The notes under the pieces were generated by a model. The model did not search any database and was not told where the DNA came from. It worked only from the letters and a program-made list of their open reading frames with translations. Below are positions 51,605 through 62,001 of a stretch of 64,000 bases of DNA, in pieces. A program made the translations under genes and the position numbers. The stretch covers positions 416,001 through 480,000 of the forward strand of contig CAVSHR010000002.1 of the NCBI GenBank assembly GCA_963727625.1, given 5' to 3'. This stretch comes from an uncultured delta proteobacterium. GTDB taxonomy: Bacteria > Desulfobacterota > Binatia > UBA9968. The stretch's first letter is position 1; every line of letters begins with the position of its first letter.

Positions 51605-52864
51605 ATGATTGCCGACCAACCCTTTAGCGGGGCAAACGAGATGGCGGTGCAGCAATTTGTCGCCGCCGCCGACAAGCTGGGCATCGATCCCAACATAGCC
51701 GGCAGGCTGCGCCGGCCTGATCGCGCTATGATCGTCAGCGTGCCGACGCGCATGGATGACGGCCGCGTCCATGTGTTTACCGGCTATCGGGTCCAGCACA
51801 ACGACGTGTTGGGCCCGTTCAAGGGCGGCATCCGCTACCACCCCGCGGTGACTCTCGGCGAAGTTTCCGCGCTGGCAATGTGGATGACTTGGAAATGTTC
51901 CTTGGTCGGCTTGCCGCTGGGTGGCGCGAAGGGCGGCATCGCCTGCGATCCGGCCGAACTGTCGCGTCACGAATTGCAGTCGATGACCCGGCGCTTCACC
52001 GCGGAGATCTTAAATATCATCGGACCCGATGTGGATGTGCCGGCGCCCGACATGGGCACCAACGAGCAGGTCATGGCCTGGATCATGGACACCTATTCTC
52101 AACATAAGGGCCATTCCGTTCCCGAGATCGTGACCGGCAAGCCGGTGGCCATCGGCGGCACGCTGGGTCGGCGCGATGCGACCGGCCGCGGCGTTGTTTA
52201 CACGATCATAGAAGCGGCCAAGGAATTGCAAGTCGACTTGAGCAAGTGCACGGCGGTGGTACAGGGCTTCGGCAACGTCGGCTCGGTGGCGGCAAAAGAA
52301 CTGGCCAACATCGGCGTAAAAATCATCGGCGTGGCGGACCGCACCGGCGGTTTCGTCGACACCAAGGGGCTGCCGGTCGACAAGCTCCTGGAAGTCGCGG
52401 ACAAAAACCACAGCTTCGAGGGCTGCCCCTACGGCGACAAGATCAGCAATCAGGAACTTTTGGAGATACCCTGCGACGTGCTCGTTCCGGCCGCGTTGGA
52501 GATGCAAATCACTGAAGCCAATGCGGCTCGCTTGCGATGCCGCATCCTTGCCGAAGGCGCCAACGGCCCGACGACTCCCGAGGCCGACGCGATCCTTAGG
52601 GAGAAGGGAGTTTTCCTGATCCCTGACATCCTAGCCAACGCCGGCGGCGTGGTGGTTTCATATTTCGAGTGGGTGCAGGATCTGCAGAATTTTTTCTGGA
52701 CCGAAGACGAAGTGAACAGCAAACTGCGCGATATTTTGGTCAAGGCTTTCCATCGAGTGCTTGAGATGAGCCGCAAACATTCGGTGGATATGCGTCTTGC
52801 GGCGCTGATGATCGGCATCGACCGCGTCGTCCGAGCGATGCTTTGGCGCGGACTTTACGCGTGA
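51605..52864 (+). CDS. gdhA: Glutamate dehydrogenase (Glu/Leu/Phe/Val family)
   Basis: GPFKGGIRYHP, GGAKGG, PAPDMGT and GFGNVG motifs. Confidence 0.92.
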   Translation: MIADQPFSGANEMAVQQFVAAADKLGIDPNIAGRLRRPDRAMIVSVPTRMDDGRVHVFTGYRVQHNDVLGPFKGGIRYHPAVTLGEVSALAMWMTWKCSLVGLPLGGAKGGIACDPAELSRHELQSMTRRFTAEILNIIGPDVDVPAPDMGTNEQVMAWIMDTYSQHKGHSVPEIVTGKPVAIGGTLGRRDATGRGVVYTIIEAAKELQVDLSKCTAVVQGFGNVGSVAAKELANIGVKIIGVADRTGGFVDTKGLPVDKLLEVADKNHSFEGCPYGDKISNQELLEIPCDVLVPAALEMQITEANAARLRCRILAEGANGPTTPEADAILREKGVFLIPDILANAGGVVVSYFEWVQDLQNFFWTEDEVNSKLRDILVKAFHRVLEMSRKHSVDMRLAALMIGIDRVVRAMLWRGLYA

Positions 52865-52968
52865 CGGGCGCGGTCATTTTCGAGTTGTGCGGCTCGGGTG
52901 TCGCATTGAAGCTCAGCCAAGAAACTGCTAACCAAATGGGCAAGTAAACGGAGGAAGGATTCTGGAGA

Positions 52969-53529
52969 ATGGTTCAAGCGACGCAACTCAGACCGGGGAT
53001 GATCATCGTCCATGAGAGCGATCTTTACCGGGTCACCGCAGTGCATCATTTAACGCCGGGCAACAAGCGCGGTTTCATGCAGACCAAAATGAAAAACCTC
53101 AGGACCGGCATCGGCACGGAATACAAGTTTCGTTCGGAAGACCGCGTCGACCAGGCAATTTTGGACAACCGCCAGATGCAGTATTTGTACGCCGAGGGGG
53201 ATCTCCATACTTTCATGGATATGGAAAATTACGAGCAAATCACTTTGTCGCCGGAGGACATCGGCGATTTGCTGTCCTATTTGTTGCCGAATTCCGTGGT
53301 GGGTATCGAATTTTACGAAGGTAAACCGGTGGGCATCAATCCGCCGTCGACGGTGGATCTGGAAGTCATCGACACCGAGCCGTCGATGAAAGGCGCCACC
53401 GCCAGCGCGTCGTACAAGCCGGCGAAGCTGGAGACCGGCGTGATTGTGCAAGTTCCGCCGTTCGTACAAGTTGGCGATAAAGTGCGTGTCGATCCGACCG
53501 ATGGATCGTATCAGGAACGGGTCAAGTAG
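52969..53529 (+). CDS. efp: Elongation factor P
   Basis: TPGNKRG loop; KPAKLETG..VPPFV. Confidence 0.95.
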   Translation: MVQATQLRPGMIIVHESDLYRVTAVHHLTPGNKRGFMQTKMKNLRTGIGTEYKFRSEDRVDQAILDNRQMQYLYAEGDLHTFMDMENYEQITLSPEDIGDLLSYLLPNSVVGIEFYEGKPVGINPPSTVDLEVIDTEPSMKGATASASYKPAKLETGVIVQVPPFVQVGDKVRVDPTDGSYQERVK

Positions 53530-54118
53530 CCTTAATTTTTTCCAAGACTATCCGCACTTGTCGTTCGAGGCTGTCCAAGTCGCCGTCGTTTTCGATAACG
53601 AAATCGGCTAGCCGGCGTTTTTCTTCCAAGCTCATCTGCGCTTCGATATGCTTTTGAGCCGCGGCGGCGTCGAGCTGATCGCGCTGCTGGAGTCGCCGTC
53701 GCTGGGTATCGATGTCGCAGGCAACCAAAATCACCGGCCGAAGCGAATCTTGCAGGTTGCCCTCGAAGAGCAACGGAACTTCGTAGACCACGACTTGGAA
53801 TCCCGCCGCCGCATGTTGGCGAATGCGCTCCTCGGCGAGGGCGCGGACACGCGGGTGAATGATCGATTCCAGCGTTTTCCTGGCCTCGGGATGGTTAAAG
53901 ATGATCGCACGGAGTTTTTGCCGGTCGAGGGTTCGGTCGGGCTGCAATACTTCGGAGCCGAATGCGTCGACAATGTCTTGCCAAGCTTCGCGGCCGGGCT
54001 CGACAACCTCGCGGGACAAAGCATCCGCGTTGACGATAGCAGCGCCGAGCCGCTCGAGGATTTTCGCGACGGTGGATTTTCCCGAGGCGATGCCGCCGGT
54101 TAGGCCGATCAATTTCAC
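53522..54118 (-). CDS. coaE: Dephospho-CoA kinase
   Basis: GLTGGIASGKS, IIHPRV and VPLLFE motifs. Confidence 0.95.
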   Translation of the reverse strand: MKLIGLTGGIASGKSTVAKILERLGAAIVNADALSREVVEPGREAWQDIVDAFGSEVLQPDRTLDRQKLRAIIFNHPEARKTLESIIHPRVRALAEERIRQHAAAGFQVVVYEVPLLFEGNLQDSLRPVILVACDIDTQRRRLQQRDQLDAAAAQKHIEAQMSLEEKRRLADFVIENDGDLDSLERQVRIVLEKIKAT

Positions 54119-54202
54119 GCCACACTATTGGCAAAATTGGTTTCGCCTTTCAACCGGCATGATCGAAACCCCCCGGTAAAAACCAGTGGAGGTGAAAAGA
54201 AG

Positions 54203-54466
54203 ATGGCCAAGGTTGTGATCTACACAACCAACTATTGCCCCTATTGCACCGGAGCCAAGGCCTTGTTGCAATCCAAGAACGTCGAGTTCGATGAGATCGA
54301 CGTGACCGAAGACCCGCAGCGCCGCCAGGAGATGGAACAGCGATCGCGCCGCTGGACCGTGCCGCAAATATTTATCGATGGAAAGCCGATCGGCGGTTAC
54401 GATGACGCGCGGCTATTGGATGCCAAGGGCGAACTCGACCGTTTGCTCGGAATTGATGCGAAGTAA
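54203..54466 (+). CDS. grxC: Glutaredoxin 3
   Basis: CPYC, TVPQIFI and GGYDD motifs. Confidence 0.93.
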   Translation: MAKVVIYTTNYCPYCTGAKALLQSKNVEFDEIDVTEDPQRRQEMEQRSRRWTVPQIFIDGKPIGGYDDARLLDAKGELDRLLGIDAK

Positions 54467-54520
54467 TCAGTTCCGCTGAGGTTAAGCCGAACCCTATTTA
54501 GCGAGGCGAGTGGATGAGAA

Positions 54521-54560
54521 AATTGGAGGCGGCGAGCGGATTCGAACCGCTGCATCGAGG
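54521..54560. repeat. att site: duplicated 3' half of tRNA-Cys
   Basis: 40-bp identity with 62546-62585. Confidence 0.92.
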
Positions 54561-54601
54561 CCAAAAGACTAAAAACAAGAAGTGATACGGAGTGTGAAAG
54601 G

Positions 54602-54623
54602 GCCTGGATTACCAGGCTTTTTT
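54602..54623 (+). terminator. Rho-independent terminator
   Basis: GCCTGG-ATTA-CCAGGC followed by T6. Confidence 0.7.
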
Positions 54624-54822
54624 ATTTTGGGGTTGTTACCGGGTGCTACGGTTTGTCACCTGGTTTGGCACAAAACCGGAACGTTTTCTGGAACGTTTTT
54701 TTTGCCTATCCGGCAACCTTCAACGGTCGCGGTCGGAGAAGGCACGACATGCGATTAGGCTATTTTTCGCGCTCCGATAGGTTGACCTGGTTTCGGCATT
54801 CAATCTTGGTGGATTCAAATTT

Positions 54823-55497
54823 TTAGACGATCCCCTGCCGGCGCAGCGAAAACAGCGTGGCACCGAGACCCAACAACATGAGGAGAGCAGACCCGGGTTC
54901 CGGTACCGCAGCGGAAGGAGTTGAGGGCGTAAAAGTTAGGTTCTCGATATGCCCTACCACGGTTCGGAAGTCTGGAGGTACGGTGGAGCTGTTACTATAA
55001 GAAAAAGCGACATCATCAACCCAAAGCTCGAACGCTCCGCTACCCTGGGCGTTGGTATACGTAAGATTTTGATGGGTGTTGTCGAAGTTAATCGTAAGCG
55101 AACTGCCGTTTTGGAACTTACCAGCTCCTTGGGTGCTAATGGTACCGTAGATATCCGCGGTGAACTGCTCGGGGCTTCCTGACACTGTCGGATCTGTAAA
55201 AGTGATTTTCAAAGTGAAATCTGCAACCCCATCCTGGGTGCCAAAGGGCTCAGTACAACTATTACCGCATCCGTCTAATGTAAATGTACCAAGGTTTGTA
55301 AGATCAGTCGGTCCTGGACCCACTGGCACATTAAGATTAAAGCTGGCACCCGAGAAGGTCAGGTAAGTGGCGATCGTGGTCGGCGAACTGCTGTTTGTAT
55401 CGCCCGTGAAGGTGACAGCCTGTGCGGTCCCTCTGAAGCCGAGAGCTCCAATGAGAAGTGTTGCCGCTAATAAACTCTTACGTATCCTGAGATTCAT
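54823..55497 (-). CDS. PEP-CTERM sorting domain protein
   Basis: Signal peptide; VPEPGSALLMLLGLG..RR tail. Confidence 0.9.
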   Translation of the reverse strand: MNLRIRKSLLAATLLIGALGFRGTAQAVTFTGDTNSSSPTTIATYLTFSGASFNLNVPVGPGPTDLTNLGTFTLDGCGNSCTEPFGTQDGVADFTLKITFTDPTVSGSPEQFTADIYGTISTQGAGKFQNGSSLTINFDNTHQNLTYTNAQGSGAFELWVDDVAFSYSNSSTVPPDFRTVVGHIENLTFTPSTPSAAVPEPGSALLMLLGLGATLFSLRRQGIV

Positions 55498-55950
55498 ATA
55501 TGTTTTGCTCTCCTTTTGCCGCAGTTCGACGCTTGTTCGTGAGGGCCATCACTGCCACCCGGTGCCTCAGCATCGGCAACATGCGCCCTTGGTTTTTTAC
55601 TGTTGGAGCAATTACCGGACCATTTTGGGAGATTTGAAATTACTCGGGTTTTTTCAATCGTAGATGGAGCTATGTGTAAACAAAGATTGCAAAAAAAACG
55701 ATCAAAAATTCGTTTCTCAAAATTTTCTGACTTTGTAAACGTTCATTGAGTAAAAGTGTAAAAGTCCCTTATACTTTTTGGCTTGGGATTCTCGCCGGCG
55801 GTTGTCTTAACCCTAAGACACAATGGCAACTCTGCCACGCCGCGCGACAGAATTGGCAATTGAAGAGTTCAACCCGTCGAGAGTATGGAATCACCTCTAT
55901 AGTTTCTTTGAACGCAGTGGATGTTTTTGGCGCTATTGGAAAGAAATAGA

Positions 55951-56577
55951 ATGATTACTCCGACTCTAGATAAGACCAAACCCTATGAACCGACGGAGCG
56001 AGAACAGGCGGCGCTTGAGGCGCACGCCGGGCGGGTGAAGAAAAGCCCGCCGGCACCGCGGCTTAAGTCGTGGCATCAAGACAACGTCGCGCAAGTCGTG
56101 GTGGATCACCCGAGCGGCGGTCACGGGCAAGCGTTGCTTATGGAAGCGCTGGGAACGACCGACACGGACTTTTTGGTGGGCATCGTAAGCCAGCTTGGCA
56201 ACGCCGGTTCGATCGGTCCGAAGGTGGACGAGCAGGCGCTGAATTTTTTGCTCTCCGTGGTGAAAGGAATCCAGCCCAAGGACCAGTTAGAAACGATGCT
56301 GGCGGCGCAAATGGCCGCGGTTCACTCGCTGACCATGAACTACGCCCGGCGGCTTGCTAACGCGAACGCATTGCCGCAACAGGAGAGCGCGGAGCGCGCC
56401 TTGAACAAGCTGGCGCGGACGTTTGCGGCTCAAGTGGAGGCGCTGAAACGCTACCGCACCGGGGGCGAGCAAAAAGTGACGGTCGAGCATGTGACCGTCA
56501 ACGAGGGCGGGCAAGCGATCGTCGGAAACGTCTCGAACAACCAAGCGCGGGGGGCGGGTGCCTCAGAAAATCGTTGA
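55951..56577 (+). CDS. Hypothetical protein, commonly paired with HGGxSTG genes in mobile elements
   Basis: PKDQLETMLAAQMAAVH..EQKVTVEHVTVNEGGQAIVGNV. Confidence 0.75.
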   Translation: MITPTLDKTKPYEPTEREQAALEAHAGRVKKSPPAPRLKSWHQDNVAQVVVDHPSGGHGQALLMEALGTTDTDFLVGIVSQLGNAGSIGPKVDEQALNFLLSVVKGIQPKDQLETMLAAQMAAVHSLTMNYARRLANANALPQQESAERALNKLARTFAAQVEALKRYRTGGEQKVTVEHVTVNEGGQAIVGNVSNNQARGAGASENR

Positions 56578-56584
56578 TTACCCC

Positions 56585-56821
56585 ATGCCACGGGTGCATT
56601 GCGGAGCCCGAACCAGGGCCGGCGGTTCATGCCGACAACCCGCCATGTGCAACGGTCGTTGCCGACTCCACGGCGGCAAAAGCAAATCAGGCAGGGACCA
56701 CGGGCGCTACAAGCACGGGTATTTTACACGGGAGGCCATGACCAGTAGACGGGAGTGCGCGGATCTGTTGAGGCTGGCGAAAAGACAAGTAGATGATCTA
56801 AATAAGGCAAGACTTTACTAG
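56585..56821 (+). CDS. HGGxSTG-domain protein
   Basis: CGARTRAGGSCRQPAMCNGRCRLHGGKS..KHG. Confidence 0.8.
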   Translation: MPRVHCGARTRAGGSCRQPAMCNGRCRLHGGKSKSGRDHGRYKHGYFTREAMTSRRECADLLRLAKRQVDDLNKARLY

Positions 56822-57243
56822 TCTTAGTGCTTTAAGGCCCATCACTAACCGGTCGCTGGAGTTCGGAGAGCGAGCGGCGCGAAAAAAATCGATCTGGTTT
56901 CACGTCGCCAACGCGTTTTCGCTTCTGATCTCGACCTTCGAGCCGGCGGAGCGGGTCAGCTTGACTAAATCAAGGTGATCTCGAACTACAAGGGATAAGG
57001 ACGCACCGCGGCGAATTTCACAGGATTGAGTCGTAGGAAAATCAGTTCAATCCTGCGATAGCCGCTTGGTTTCTCCATCGCCTGGTTGATCGTTTTCAAT
57101 TTCGCAGTGACAGTTAATTGATCATTTCTTTTTTGGTTCAGCAGCTCGAAGATTCTACCGATTTCCGTTCTCGGTTATTTAGGAATATTATAATCGAGTA
57201 CGATCTTGTTTTTCTCCGGCAAGTTTTCTAGAGGAGCGGAACC

Positions 57244-57567
57244 ATGAAAGTTACGCGAGTCTACTCCGGAGCGGATGGCCAGTCTCCTTTCGACGAGATC
57301 GAGGTGGAGATTGAAAAACTCCAGCCTGGCGATGGTATCATATTCCGCCACGCTCCCCCTGACTATCTCAACGACTGGCATCGGGCGCCTACACGGCAGT
57401 ATGTCATCAACCTGTCAGGTGAAAGCGAGATTGAGATCGGCGATGGCACCAAACGGCGCTTCGGGCCCGGCGATATCTTTCTGGTAGACGATACTTCTGG
57501 GCTCGGTCATATATCACGAGCCGTGGGTAACCGGCCGCGCGTCTTTGTGACAGTCCCCATAAAATAG
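57244..57567 (+). CDS. Cupin-like protein
   Basis: WHRAPTRQY..GDG..DTSGLGH; GAGGAG RBS. Confidence 0.82.
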   Translation: MKVTRVYSGADGQSPFDEIEVEIEKLQPGDGIIFRHAPPDYLNDWHRAPTRQYVINLSGESEIEIGDGTKRRFGPGDIFLVDDTSGLGHISRAVGNRPRVFVTVPIK

Positions 57568-57696
57568 CCCCAATCGTATCCATCCCCCTAGAGCGGAGCC
57601 AATGGTCTATAGTCAATTACGCTTGGCCTCGGTCCATAAGAATCAAGACCAAATTTCGCGTCAGTTTGAACTGTAAGGCGCTACAGTTTGATTCCC

Positions 57697-57930
57697 TCAC
57701 TCCTTAATCGCCCTCACCATCGTCACCACACTTTTGTTGACGGCAAGAAACGGCGCCTCCCATTTCATTTCCGGGTCGGGTAACGCCTCAACTTTAACCT
57801 CGGTCAACGCAAGAAAATGTTTGTCCGGGCTGTTGAGGAAATCTGATAATCGGGAACCGTAACCGCCCTCACCGGCGAGCGGTATAAACAGTTTCCCTCT
57901 AATCTTGTAGGTAAAGGTGCTGGGGCGCAA
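57697..57930 (-). pseudogene. 5'-truncated small protein (DUF6812-like)
   Basis: RLSDFLN..FLALT..FLAVNK; no convincing start codon. Confidence 0.5.
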
Positions 57931-57985
57931 CTCCCCGGCACCTTCGACCTATGCAGACAAAAAACAATCCACTAACCGCGAAATT

Positions 57986-58951
57986 TCAACAACCGCCGAC
58001 GCATTTCCCATTGCGGTTAAATCGCATCTCAACGCCGCTTAAGGGCACATGCACGTCGATCATTCGGTCGACAAGACCGATGAATCTTGCCGTCTTGGTT
58101 CCAGGCTGAACCACTCCGCCGGAGGTGGCCGCTTCGTTCGCGTGCGAAGGGATCACGGAGTTGGGCTTGACGAGTTTGTTTATTGCGAAGGCGGCTTCTT
58201 CAGGACCCGTGCTGAAAACATCGCCGATATTGATCACGGCCAGCTTAGCACCGTATTGCTGCCGAACGACCGTTTCCATATCGGATACTACGCCGGTGTC
58301 ACCGGACAGATACACGACCAGGCCGTTAGAGAACTTAATGATATAGCCCTCTTCGGGACCGACATAGGCTGTAAGGCCGTCAGCGGGAGGGTTTGTAAGA
58401 AACACGGCGGACACACCATTGCTGTGTAGGGCGCGCACCGTGGCAAACGTGACACCATTGATCGTTATCTTTCCGCCGGGACGCAGGGTTGCGGCTTGGT
58501 TGGCCGCTCCCCCCGCAGCCGAAATCTTGGCATTCAGGAAAGCAGGCATCTCCCCGCCTACGAGTACTGTGGAACCTTTTGCGGCCGCGATTTCGGCGAA
58601 GTTGGAATTGGGAGTCTTGTCGACCGTGGCGGTGTTGTCGCCGCAGGCCCCGGGATTAACCGTAGGAATCGCTTTATCGCCGATATGGTCGACGTGGACA
58701 TGGGAAAGCAGCATGACGTCGATAACGTCCAGCCTTGTATCCGACCCTCCCGTTACCGTGCGACCGGGATCGTAAAGGATCCTTAACCCGTTTGGATCCT
58801 CGAATATCAGTGCCCGATCGTTCCGGCAAAATTCTCCATCATTGCTACCGAGGGGTGTAATACGCACCTGATTCTGTGCCCACGCCGAAGACCATCCGAG
58901 AAACAGAAAGCTGGCAACAAGAACGGCATACATTGCACATCTTGGCTTCAT
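57986..58951 (-). CDS. Secreted MBL-fold metallo-hydrolase
   Basis: SHVHVDH, SGDTG and PSH motifs; signal peptide. Confidence 0.9.
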   Translation of the reverse strand: MKPRCAMYAVLVASFLFLGWSSAWAQNQVRITPLGSNDGEFCRNDRALIFEDPNGLRILYDPGRTVTGGSDTRLDVIDVMLLSHVHVDHIGDKAIPTVNPGACGDNTATVDKTPNSNFAEIAAAKGSTVLVGGEMPAFLNAKISAAGGAANQAATLRPGGKITINGVTFATVRALHSNGVSAVFLTNPPADGLTAYVGPEEGYIIKFSNGLVVYLSGDTGVVSDMETVVRQQYGAKLAVINIGDVFSTGPEEAAFAINKLVKPNSVIPSHANEAATSGGVVQPGTKTARFIGLVDRMIDVHVPLSGVEMRFNRNGKCVGGC

Positions 58952-59340
58952 CGCTTATTCCTCCCTTTTCTAGCTTTTTGATTTGTGTCGATTTAACCGG
59001 AAAAGATCCGGTGCGGCGGGCTTCGAGCATGACCTGAAAATCGGAAAAGAAGAGCGGGTTTCACCTTTATCTCGCAAGCCAAATTTTGGAACGAAGGAAG
59101 AAAATACTAGAAACAGTTTAGAACATTTGTCGCATATCGAGATATTTTCGGACAGTCAAGTACGAAATATCGGTCGAATGGGACGATCGGCCGAGCTGCA
59201 TCAGTGCGAAAATAAGTTCTTTGTCATTAAAAATCCCCGTATTTTGGGTAAAGTTCGCGTTAAAAAACGAAGTTCAACCAGCGGGGAGCTTCACAGCAAC
59301 CTCGGGCCAGAGGTGATCAGGGGCGGGCCGGCGTCAACGC

Positions 59341-60015
59341 TTAATCAGCCGGCCGAATGCACTCCGGGCTGTCGTTCGCAGGAGAGTTAACCAGCGTCGA
59401 AACGTCGTGCGTTTCCATTAGCTCTGAGGGAAAGGGCTGTAAGTTCGCCGCAAGCATCATTGCAGAATTGACGGCGCATCTTGGATCGAGCCACTGTAAT
59501 CCCATCTCCCTGTCATAGATCACCGGCATTCGGTTGTGGATCGGACGTAGCAACGCGTTGGGCTCGCACGTGATGATTGTGAACGTGTAAAGCTCCCTGC
59601 CGCTCTCACGGTCGCGCCAGAAATCCCACAGCCCCGCAAAGACAAAAGGCTCGCGTTTCTTGAGACCCACCCACACCGGCACCTTACGCTTGCCCTCCCT
59701 GCGCCATTCGTAAAATCCATCCGCTGGAATGACGCAACGCTTTGTGCCCACCAAACGCTTGAACGACGGCTTTTCAAGCAGGGTTTCGGCGCGGGCGTTA
59801 ATCATCCTGTTTCCAATTGTGTGATCTTGTGCCCACGACGGCACCAAACCCCATTTCATTAACTTGCTTTCGTTATTCTCGTCGTTCTGTAGGATTACCG
59901 GCACCTCCTGTGACGGCGCAATGTTGTAGCGGGGACCAAAGGAAAGATCGCCTTGGAGGCTCCACCGGACTTTAATCTCGCGGAAGCTGAATGTTGCTGT
60001 GAATCGGCCACACAT
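59341..60015 (-). CDS. SOS response-associated peptidase (SRAP/YedK family)
   Basis: MCGRF, RYNIAP, NARAET, GFYEW and HNRMP motifs. Confidence 0.95.
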   Translation of the reverse strand: MCGRFTATFSFREIKVRWSLQGDLSFGPRYNIAPSQEVPVILQNDENNESKLMKWGLVPSWAQDHTIGNRMINARAETLLEKPSFKRLVGTKRCVIPADGFYEWRREGKRKVPVWVGLKKREPFVFAGLWDFWRDRESGRELYTFTIITCEPNALLRPIHNRMPVIYDREMGLQWLDPRCAVNSAMMLAANLQPFPSELMETHDVSTLVNSPANDSPECIRPAD

Positions 60016-60066
60016 GGGAACGATTAAAAAACGTTCTAGTCTAGAATCCGGTGCGAGGGGAAGCGT

Positions 60067-60714
60067 TCAAAGCCGTTCTCGCTTGAGAATTTTTCGCCCT
60101 GCGATGATGGCAACATAGGCGAATGCAAGCGCAATGATAATGACCCAGTACAATTCGAGACTCGCGAGCATACCATCGCCGATGAAGGCGAAAATACAAG
60201 CGATAGCGAGAAAAATAGAGAATTGTAACCAGTATGCATAGCCGTTCCCTTCAATACGTCGTATCTGTAACTGAGACGATTGCCATCAAAACAGCCCCCA
60301 CCCCATGCCTACGCGGTAAAGCATTTTGGTTGGAGCACATTCATATCGCACGATCGGCAACTCATCCTCAGTGTATAGATTAGGCGAATCCTCTCTGACG
60401 GTCGCTTTTGCTTTCAATTTGCGCTGTCTCTCTTTCACCCAATCTTTCTGCTTCACGCTCCTATCCCAGTCGCACAACAATTCATATTGATAGAAGTCGA
60501 GAAGTTCCCATTTTGGCAGGGGCGTTTTAAAGGGTTGTGGCATGATTTCTACCAGTCGTCTTGAAGAAATAGTTCTTTCGTAAAGCCCGTACCCTGGAAC
60601 TTCTACACCTGTCTTATTTATCCAACCTCGATAGATTAGCAACGCCTCATCGGTAACCGTAATTAATAGCCCTATGCCAAAAAATAGAACGAGGATTTTC
60701 GCAACATTGTTCAT
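60067..60714 (-). pseudogene. Membrane protein with in-frame TGA at 60286-60288
   Basis: The frame stays open for 72 more sense codons encoding two TM helices. Confidence 0.55.
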
Positions 60715-60723
60715 CGAGTCTGG

Positions 60724-62001
60724 CAGGCTGCTGAAAGATTGACTCGCAGCATGTTTTGTCTTGTTGTTTTCATTGTTGAGGGGGTCGAAGAGATTGATTG
60801 TCGGTATTTTTCAGACCTCAGACGCGCTTGCGAGGCTCCCGCGGACACACGACGGCCCTCGATTTACGTGGCCGGAACTGCGGAGGCCAGATTTCGCATG
60901 CGCGCCAGATTATAGGCAGCACAGGCAAAGGTAAAGATCCAATGGACTTTGCACACCCGCGATGGCGCACCTTGCGCATCAGCGCGATGGTCTTCAGCCA
61001 GCCGAAGCATTCCTCTATCCGTTTCCTCTTTCTCTGGCTGAGGGCATACCCAGCATGTCTGGTGGTGCGGCCATCAATAGCGCTCCCGCCGCGCCTTGCG
61101 AGGTTATGCGCTACATGTGGCACCACTCTCCTATGCCGGCACTCTTTCACGAAGTCCCGGGTGTCAAATCCTTTATCTCCAACGCTCAGCGGTTGGGTTC
61201 CCCCAATCTGCTCCAGCATTACCAGTACGGCATCGCGTTCCGCGGTCCCGTTGGCCTGGAAGACTTCCGTGTCCATGATCAGTCCATTGCGGTTTTCCAC
61301 CAACAGATTCCCGCTGTAACTCAACTTCGACTCCTTGCCCTCGCCTTTGCGCGCCAGCAGCGCCTCGCCATCGGTCTTCGACTCGTGCGTCTCATTGGAT
61401 CGCCGCTCGCCGCGAAAGTTCACCGTGGGATCGCCCGGATCATCCGGCGGAGGCAATGGCTTTCCCTTTTTCGGCTGGAAACTCTTTGCGCTCGCCCAGG
61501 CCTCCAGCAGCGTACCGTCCACCGTGAAATGCTCGTCCGAGGTCAGACCCCTTGCCCGGGCCACTACCCGCGCCAGAAACTCTTTGGCCACCTCGGCCTC
61601 CAACAATCGGTCGCGGTTCTTGGTGAAGGTGGTCGCGTCCCAGACTCCCTAGTCTGCATTCAGCCCCACGAACCAGCGGAACAAAAGGTTGTAGTCCATC
61701 TCTACCATCAGCAACCGCTCCCTACGGATCGAATACAGCATCTCGAGCAACTGCGCTCGCAACAGTTTCTCCGGCGCTATCGAAGGACGGCCTACGCAGG
61801 CGTACATGCTATCGAATCGTCGCGAAAGCTGGCTGAGGACTTGATCCACCATCGCTCGGATGCCACGCAACGGATGGTCTTTGCCCACCCGCGCCTCCGG
61901 CGACAAATAACTGAACATGTGATTCTGCTGCTGGTCTTCTCCACGCATGTCTTTTTCTACCATAGTCGCCTGTGGATTAGGACTAGTTTTTCAGCAGCCT
62001 G
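60724..62001 (-). mobile_element. IS5-family element with a degenerate transposase
   Basis: Inverted repeats CAGGCTGCTGAAA/TTTCAGCAGCCTG; GRPSIAPE, VDGT, DKGFD and RKRIEE motifs; internal TAG at 61649 and a 3' frameshift. Confidence 0.88.

Noticed and set aside
54521-54560. Second tRNA gene
   Set aside because: Only the 3' half is present; it is the att duplication.
56843-56880. CTAACCGGTCGCTGGAG as an attC site
   Set aside because: Only a left-arm resemblance, with no complementary right arm.
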